44,146 bases of DNA. It comes from Stenomitos sp. (GTDB taxonomy: Bacteria; Cyanobacteriota; Cyanobacteriia; Thermosynechococcales; Thermosynechococcaceae). Both the position numbers and the translations under genes were made by a program. Of the stretch, positions 37,715-44,146 are shown in pieces (the stretch's first letter is position 1; every line of letters starts with the position of its first letter). The DNA lies in contig DATNQK010000370.1 in assembly GCA_036704065.1 (NCBI GenBank), positions 1-44,146 of the forward strand. Direction: 5' to 3'. The notes beneath the pieces are model-generated. The model saw only the letters and a list, made by a program, of their open reading frames with translations. It was not told where the DNA came from and did not search any database.

Positions 37715-39027
37715 CTATTTGTAATAGAAGTTTGTCTTTTGAATGCCATTCCCAACAAAATAAGACCTGGCCAAAATAGATATGCTAAAACTTCTAAGTT
37801 TTCTCCAAAAGAATAAAACGTTAGGATAAGAAGAATTGTAATTCCCAGTTGAGACAAAGGATTAAATCGCAGATTAACTAACAAATACTCAAAACTAATT
37901 ATTAACGGAAGCAAAAATCCTAATAAGCCAACAATACCCTTAATATACAAAAGTGAGATAATTGTGTGATGTGAACCGATTGGCATATGCTCTACAATTT
38001 TTGGGCCCGTTTCAACAATTCCATGTCCCCAAATTGGAGCATCTCTAAACCTTTCTAGTGCAATATTTTGTAGCGCATCACGAACTCGTGTAGAAGCCGC
38101 CCTTGAACTCCTGATTTCTTCCCACGCCATTGATACATTTTTTTCAACAAAAGTTCCTACTACACCTAAAACCAAGGCTCCAATTCCTGATATCACCAAA
38201 AAGATAGGATTGAGGATTTTTTGAATACCTAATAAACTTAGGACTACAAGTGGTAAACACATCAAAGCCATTCGAGACTTTGACAGATAACAAATTAATA
38301 TGCATGTAATGATACCGATAGCTCTGAGTCTTAAATTTCTTTCTTTGAAGACTAAAGGAAAATATATATTTCCAAGCAAGCCTAAAGCTGGGCTCCATGG
38401 AGTAAAAAAAGGAAATCTAATTTCACCTTCTTGCTCATGCAAGTCATACAATTGAACTTGAAAAAATATATCCCCCGCGCCTCCCAACTTATTTAAAATA
38501 GAAACATAATTTATGTTGATTTTTAAAAAAGAAAAAGCCACTAGAAATGGTGCAATTATTAAAGTTTGTACACATAAAATTGATACAGCCCTGTAAATTA
38601 AACAAGGTCTAATCTTCAGGCTTCCGGCTAACGGAAATATTGCAAGCAATGCCCAACCCTTTGCCCAACCAAAGGTTGACTTCACTAGCTGTGATAGGCC
38701 AAGCTCCCAATCCATGTGGCCCATTACTAAAGCAAGTAATTCAATCAGCATCCCAACTACCCAGATCCAAGTCACTACAGGGATTTGAATTTTTTCAGAA
38801 TTAGGTATTTTCGATTGTTGTACTTGCTTAAACCACCTAATAACTAATATAAACAACAGAACATATCCACAAATTGGACCGATAAAATACAATGCTCCTA
38901 ATGGATAATATATATAGGTTCCAACAATGGAAAACCATACAATTTTTTCTTCAATATTTTCAGGCTTTATTACTTTTGAAACTTTTTTTGATGCACAAAC
39001 ATTCCTTTCATCTTTAAAGAGAACCAT
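37705..39027 (-). CDS. Wzy polymerase / O-antigen-ligase-like membrane protein
   Basis: Multi-TM; LSKSRMA, STRVR, PIWGHG, IGSHHT...LYIKGIVG follow the Wzy_C pattern. Confidence 0.82.
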   Translation of the reverse strand: MVLFKDERNVCASKKVSKVIKPENIEEKIVWFSIVGTYIYYPLGALYFIGPICGYVLLFILVIRWFKQVQQSKIPNSEKIQIPVVTWIWVVGMLIELLALVMGHMDWELGLSQLVKSTFGWAKGWALLAIFPLAGSLKIRPCLIYRAVSILCVQTLIIAPFLVAFSFLKININYVSILNKLGGAGDIFFQVQLYDLHEQEGEIRFPFFTPWSPALGLLGNIYFPLVFKERNLRLRAIGIITCILICYLSKSRMALMCLPLVVLSLLGIQKILNPIFLVISGIGALVLGVVGTFVEKNVSMAWEEIRSSRAASTRVRDALQNIALERFRDAPIWGHGIVETGPKIVEHMPIGSHHTIISLLYIKGIVGLLGFLLPLIISFEYLLVNLRFNPLSQLGITILLILTFYSFGENLEVLAYLFWPGLILLGMAFKRQTSITNSWI

Positions 39028-39078
39028 TTTTATTCACACATATACATTCAACATATTATTTTTACAATTTAAACTCTT

Positions 39079-40755
39079 CTAAATTTCATTATTATTTTGC
39101 AAATTAGGATTCGATCCTTTAGGAGATAAATGTTCATAAGGCATTAAAAATACAGGAAACTGATTTGTTCTTGATGCTCCATAATTACCTAAGTTTGCAA
39201 ATGTACTACCATTCGCTTTTAATCCAATTTTTTTGGTGTTACTTGGATCCAACTGAACATAACTCCCTCCTTCATCGCGCTCTAAAAGAGATTTAGTTCT
39301 GTAAACTTCATTTCTATCATCCTGGTGTTTTCCGTCTTTAAGCCACAAAAAGGCAATACCAGTGGAGACTAAAATAGATCCTACACAAGCACCTAGCAAA
39401 ACAAATAGCGTTTTAGGGGAACTTGGTCTATCTGGAAAACTAGGATCTGTAAACAGTTGAATCCTTGGGTAAGCAGTTAAAGGATTCACTTTGCCAATGT
39501 CTAATTTTGCTAATGCAGATGAAAAAACTGCCTCAGAGATTTTCACGTCTCTGGTTAATTCTTCAAGTTTTGCCTCTTTTTGAGCAAGAGTTGCTAGTCG
39601 GTTTTCATTTAATGTAATCTGGTTATCTAATTCACGAGCTTGATCTAATAACCCTTTTTGTGTTACTTGAGTCGTGATTAGCTGCTTAAATAAATCTTCT
39701 CGAGCTCCTGATTCAGTTGAAGCGGCACCATTTCTTAAATTAAGATGTTCAAGATTCTTGAGATTTATTTCTTGGCCTAAAAGGGTTTTACTCCTTTGTA
39801 AGAGTGAAGCTTGAGCTGCATTACGCTTAGCAGTCTCATTAGCAATGACAGGATGACTTGGCGCATACTGCGAATTTAAAATCGATAAGTTTGAGCTAGC
39901 TTCGCTATAATCTTTCAAATTCTGTTGAAACTGTGGGTCTGCCTGTAGTGCAAATGCATTCGCTGCATCCCTTGATGAAATATTAATGGTTGAAGACAAC
40001 TGACCTAATTGGGCAGAAGTTTGCTTCCATTGAGAGAGAATACCTGCTTTCTGATTACGCAGATTCTCTATACTTGCAGTAAGCTGCCCTACTTGATCTC
40101 CAGATACAATTCCAGATGAGAGCTTAAAGGCTGAAAGCCTATTCTGAGCAAGTGAAAGCTTTGCTCTGGTTCTCGCTAATGCACTTTGAAATTCTTCGTC
40201 TTGCTTAATTGTCTCTCTAGCCCTTAGTTTATTAAGGACTGATTCAAGTGCTCTGTATAGAGCATTTGCTTTATTTTGTGCTTGAGTAGGTGTTTTTCCC
40301 TCTAGCTCAATGCTCATTAATGTAGTATTTTCTATATTTTTTATCTTAGGAAGACCAAATTCTTCTACAGACAAGTTTAGAGATTTTGCCGCCATTTGCA
40401 AGACTGCTTTACTACTAGCCAAGAGTTTATAGTTCTCTCTAGGATCTTGAGAGAGATCACTGTATGGAGAGTTCTGTTCTGTTGATGTATTCCCAATTCC
40501 TGGAAGATTAACGCTTGTATTCGAAGCAACTGAGGGTAAAATTGCTGTCCATTGACTCGTATACAGTCGAGGCGAAATTTTTAGATATGCTAAAGCAGTA
40601 ATCCAAATAATGATGTTTGATGCAATCAATAAGAATAAGTATTGCCTCCACGAGCTTTCTCTTTCATTTGGCTCATTTACATCCTCTAAGTCTTCAATCT
40701 TATAGGGTGAATTATATACGGAATATAAATCTTTTAGTTCTTGGTTTTTCGTCAT
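39079..40755 (-). CDS. Polysaccharide co-polymerase (GumC/Wzc-like) without a tyrosine-kinase domain
   Basis: N-terminal TM, long periplasmic coiled coil with YAPSHPVI, Pro-rich PSFPDRPSSPK before a second TM; no Walker A in the cytoplasmic tail. Confidence 0.85.
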   Translation of the reverse strand: MTKNQELKDLYSVYNSPYKIEDLEDVNEPNERESSWRQYLFLLIASNIIIWITALAYLKISPRLYTSQWTAILPSVASNTSVNLPGIGNTSTEQNSPYSDLSQDPRENYKLLASSKAVLQMAAKSLNLSVEEFGLPKIKNIENTTLMSIELEGKTPTQAQNKANALYRALESVLNKLRARETIKQDEEFQSALARTRAKLSLAQNRLSAFKLSSGIVSGDQVGQLTASIENLRNQKAGILSQWKQTSAQLGQLSSTINISSRDAANAFALQADPQFQQNLKDYSEASSNLSILNSQYAPSHPVIANETAKRNAAQASLLQRSKTLLGQEINLKNLEHLNLRNGAASTESGAREDLFKQLITTQVTQKGLLDQARELDNQITLNENRLATLAQKEAKLEELTRDVKISEAVFSSALAKLDIGKVNPLTAYPRIQLFTDPSFPDRPSSPKTLFVLLGACVGSILVSTGIAFLWLKDGKHQDDRNEVYRTKSLLERDEGGSYVQLDPSNTKKIGLKANGSTFANLGNYGASRTNQFPVFLMPYEHLSPKGSNPNLQNNNEI

Positions 40756-40812
40756 AATTTAAATGACCTTTTTTATAAATTTCTATTTAATAGAAACTTA
40801 AGTTTGCAAAGC

Positions 40813-41007
40813 CTAGTTCTTGTTAGCTCCATGCGAGTAAGTTTCAGGGTTTTCCTTGAGGCTTAAGAGTGAAAATGTTTCAAGGCTTCTGATCAACTCT
40901 CTTAAAACATCAGTTTTAGTTCTTTCGGTTTTATCGCAATACGTCTCTAATGCCTCAAGCTCAAGCAAGGAAACTTTAAAGGTAATAAACTTTTGACCTT
41001 CACTCAT
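40813..41007 (-). CDS. Ribbon-helix-helix (CopG-like) DNA-binding protein
   Basis: Beta strand KFITFKV, helix ELEALETYCDKT, RTKTDVLRELIRSL; SD gagg upstream. Confidence 0.82.
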   Translation of the reverse strand: MSEGQKFITFKVSLLELEALETYCDKTERTKTDVLRELIRSLETFSLLSLKENPETYSHGANKN

Positions 41008-42456
41008 TTTCTGCCTCAGTCATCAATGATTATTTGATCTAACTGACTTTCAACTTTGAACAACATATAAACAACTAAAGTTTCTGAAATGTTTTTATTC
41101 TTATATAAGAACTACTGAGCGGCAATTCTTATATCAATTTAATTAAGCAAATGCTTATTAGCATACTGCTTTTATCGCATTATTTTTTGACACTTTTATC
41201 CTATCTATTTTTATTGATTAAGTGCACTCACAGGTGTCTACTCAACCAATCAAATTGGTCAATCTCTATTAGAAAAATAGGTTTGAATTTCCCAGCCGTC
41301 CAAAAATATTTTTACGGCTTTACGCATGCATATTTTTTGCTTAACAGGAATTCTTTCATTTTTCTCTTTGTCTATAAAAAATAGATTCCTTCATGAAAGT
41401 AGATCGGGTTAGGTTAATCTATTGCGAATTGATGAAATACTCAATTCGCTAGTTCAGCGTACTCAATTATGAAAGGAAGCTACATCTATCTTTTGACGTA
41501 AATCTATGGACAAAAACCTGTCAATGCATGTTTTATGGCAATCTTTATCAGTCTGTTGATCTTATATATTTGATCTTTTAATGATCACTAGAAACTAAGG
41601 GCTTGTCATATGTAGATAGCCACAGAAACAGTCTCTTGAAAGGAACTGTCTCACATGTAATGAGGAAAACACATCTATATGCTTTTTTTCTTGAACGAAC
41701 ACAGACTAGCCTATCGAACAAAGCTAGTCATGCACTCTCAAAAGCTTCCATTATTTACTAAATTCTTTTTTAGAACTTAGCGTTATTTCTTTAAATCAAA
41801 GAACTAGAGCGTTACGTTCAAAGTGATGAACAAAACATACCGCCCTTGCGGAGGAATGCTCCTACAGCTTTCCCCTATTGTTTAAGTAATGTACCTTATA
41901 CAGGCAGTTTATGTCAATTTCAGGGGATAAATAGACAGTAAAAGTAGAGGCAAACTTGAAATCGTATTTAGGGACACAGTTTTAGATTTGTTTTTTCATG
42001 TAATTTGATGCTCTTTTTTCCCTGACCCTTCTTTCATCAAGCACGTTAGTATGGATAGCCTTTAAAGATGTTCTAAAGCCAAGTCCCTTGACTTAGGTCT
42101 TCTGACGCTCTAACTAAACCCTTGCCACAAGTGTATAGATAGATTGTCCATCCTCTTCCTCAGTAAAGTACTTCTAACAAATGAGAACCTAAGTGTAGTA
42201 CTAATACTTCTAGACTCAGCTTATGTTTTGATGTTTTTTTAAATCAAATCTACCAGGTTGCTCTGCTTGAGAAAGGTCTTTATCAATCCAAAGCATCTTC
42301 CTTGTCCATACATATTTATATCATCTTCCTTATTATCCCTTCGCTCTTGATTATCTAGAAAATTAAGGCTTCAACTGAGATCTTGGCGTGAGACGAATGT
42401 ACATCCACCTCTCATGGAGGTACATTCATATGTGGCTATACTTTTATTGATTAGTT

Positions 42457-44146
42457 ATGAAGCAATGGTTATCGGTAGGGATATTAGGACTGCTATTCTG
42501 TAAGCCAGTTATGGCAGACCAAATGAATTTAAAGGTAGTCTATCCTCGTGCCGACTACGAGACCACTGCTGATCGCATCTTCTTGATTGGAACCGCACCA
42601 TCCAACGGAGATGTCGTCCTCAATGGTGAACGAATCCAAGAGCGTTCTGTATCAGGACATTTTGCTCCTACTGTTCCGTTGAAAATTGGGAAGAATATCT
42701 TTTCACTGCGCTACAGGGAAGAAAGTATTACTCTCACGGTAAACCGTCTCCCTACTTTAACTGCACCTCCTCAGAACGTTGGCTTCGTTACAGGTTCTAT
42801 CGAGCCTGCGGTCAATCTTGTTAGACTCCCGAATGAACCTATTTGTTTCAAGGCGATCGCCTTACCCAAAGCTCAAGTATCCGTACAGGTAGCTCAACAA
42901 ACCATCGACTTGCTGGCACAACCACAGGCTTTCGACCTTCCTGCCAACGCTGCGGTTTTAACCCAGACGAGTAATCCCATCGCAGCCGCCCCATCCACGA
43001 TGCTCTACCAAGGCTGCACAACCTTTGCAGTTCCGAGTGATTTAGGCAAACCAACCTTTTATTTCAAGCAGGGGAAGACCACTATTTCTCAGCAAGGAGC
43101 AGGGCCGATCTCTATTCTTTCTCCTCAGTCTATTCAAGTGGTTGAAGTCACTAGCGAACAGGGTACTGCGCGCTCAGGTCCTAGTACGGACTACTCTAGG
43201 CTGACACCCCTGCCCCAAGGAACACGTGCTCAAGTCACAGGGCGCGATGGTGAGTGGCTCCGATTAGATTATGGGGGCTGGATTAAGCAAAGCGAAACGA
43301 AACCTGTCGTTAATGGCTCGATGCCGCGATCGCTGATTCGGAGTGTACGGGTTAAAACCTTGGCGGATCGAACCGATGTTTTATTTCCACTTCAAGTACC
43401 TGTCCCAATTACGGTTCAACAGAACGACGATGAATTCCGGTTGACACTGTTTAATACAACTGCTCAAACCGATACGATTGCTCAAACACCCGGACCCGTC
43501 TTATCGCGCTTGGATTGGCAACAGCGATCGCCTGGTCAAGTTGAGTATCGATTGAAACTAAAGTCTAAGCACCAGTGGGGCTATCGTTTGCGCTACGAAG
43601 GTACAACGCTCGTGCTTTCATTACGCCATCCACCCTCCCTTGGTTCCAAACAAATGCCCCTAGCAGGAACCTCTATTCTGCTTGATCCTGGACATGGTAG
43701 TGCCAATGATTTAGGGTCTGTAGGGCCAACTGGATACCCCGAAAAGGACGTCACCTTGACCGTTAGCAAGCTCTTGCGTCAAGAATTAGAACGCAAGGGA
43801 GCACGAGTGATCATGACCCGTGAAGGAGACGAAGATCTCTACCCTGCTGATCGTGTCAAACGCATTGAAAAAGAAGTACCCACTTTAGCGCTGAGTCTGC
43901 ACTACAATGCCCTCCCCGACAATGGCGATGCTTGGCGAACTCAAGGGGTGAGTACCTTTTGGTACCATCCTCAAGCCCAGGATTTGGCTGTATTTTTGCA
44001 CGATTATTTAGTGCGAACGTTGCACCGACCTTCCTATGGCGTGTATTGGAATAACTTGGCATTGACGCGCCCTGCCATTACCCCCGCAGTCTTGCTTGAA
44101 CTCGGGTTTATGATTAACCCCACTGAGTTTGAATGGATTGCCGATC
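42457..44146 (+). CDS. N-acetylmuramoyl-L-alanine amidase (Amidase_3) with signal peptide and SH3b-like domain; truncated by the window end
   Basis: Manual translation: MKQWLSVGILGLLFCKPVMA-DQMNLKVVYP..., ARSGPSTDYSRLTPLPQGT...GEWLRLDYGGWI, ILLDPGHG...EKDVTL...SLHYNA...PAVLLELGFM. Absent from the ORF track because there is no stop in the window. Confidence 0.92.
   Translation, partial: MKQWLSVGILGLLFCKPVMADQMNLKVVYPRADYETTADRIFLIGTAPSNGDVVLNGERIQERSVSGHFAPTVPLKIGKNIFSLRYREESITLTVNRLPTLTAPPQNVGFVTGSIEPAVNLVRLPNEPICFKAIALPKAQVSVQVAQQTIDLLAQPQAFDLPANAAVLTQTSNPIAAAPSTMLYQGCTTFAVPSDLGKPTFYFKQGKTTISQQGAGPISILSPQSIQVVEVTSEQGTARSGPSTDYSRLTPLPQGTRAQVTGRDGEWLRLDYGGWIKQSETKPVVNGSMPRSLIRSVRVKTLADRTDVLFPLQVPVPITVQQNDDEFRLTLFNTTAQTDTIAQTPGPVLSRLDWQQRSPGQVEYRLKLKSKHQWGYRLRYEGTTLVLSLRHPPSLGSKQMPLAGTSILLDPGHGSANDLGSVGPTGYPEKDVTLTVSKLLRQELERKGARVIMTREGDEDLYPADRVKRIEKEVPTLALSLHYNALPDNGDAWRTQGVSTFWYHPQAQDLAVFLHDYLVRTLHRPSYGVYWNNLALTRPAITPAVLLELGFMINPTEFEWIAD

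Larger units (their letters stand above)
1..44146. repeat. Dispersed HIP1 octamers (GCGATCGC)
   Basis: About 27 copies found by eye (e.g. 55, 7013, 14779, 17561, 33662, 42853); hallmark of most cyanobacterial genomes. Confidence 0.9.

Noticed and set aside
41151-41384. 77-aa hydrophobic + strand ORF
   Set aside because: Leu/Phe/Ile bias is expected from T-rich intergenic DNA; no SD or motif.

Overview
Cyanobacterial chromosomal DNA, based on abundant HIP1 GCGATCGC octamers, cp12, a cyanobacteriochrome GAF and pentapeptide-repeat proteins. The left ~17.7 kb is core-like. It opens with a CBS-GAF-PAS-CBCR hybrid histidine kinase interrupted by one in-frame TAA inside its HisKA domain. It continues with yjbQ, a Uup-like ABC-F, a GT4, cp12, a fructosamine-kinase-family gene, a Spy/CpxP-like protein, two pentapeptide proteins, hflX (apparently starting at a non-canonical ATC), a methyltransferase and HU. 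From ~17.8 to 41.0 kb is a co-oriented (minus-strand), increasingly AT-rich and HIP1-poor surface-polysaccharide locus. Its assembly genes are an RHH regulator, a kinase-less Wzc/GumC-like co-polymerase, Wzy, Wzx, three GT2s, a GH5, a PssD/PssE pair and a degenerate STAS protein. Its unusual tailoring genes are RfbF, an SDR, two NDP-sugar C-methyltransferases, a putative Fe/2OG oxygenase, a GT39-like protein, a VanZ-LamG fusion, LhgO, a Cys/His-rich protein and a GT32-like protein. The window ends inside an N-acetylmuramoyl-L-alanine amidase gene. I saw no tRNA, rRNA, CRISPR array or transposase. All family assignments come from motif recognition by eye, not from database searches.
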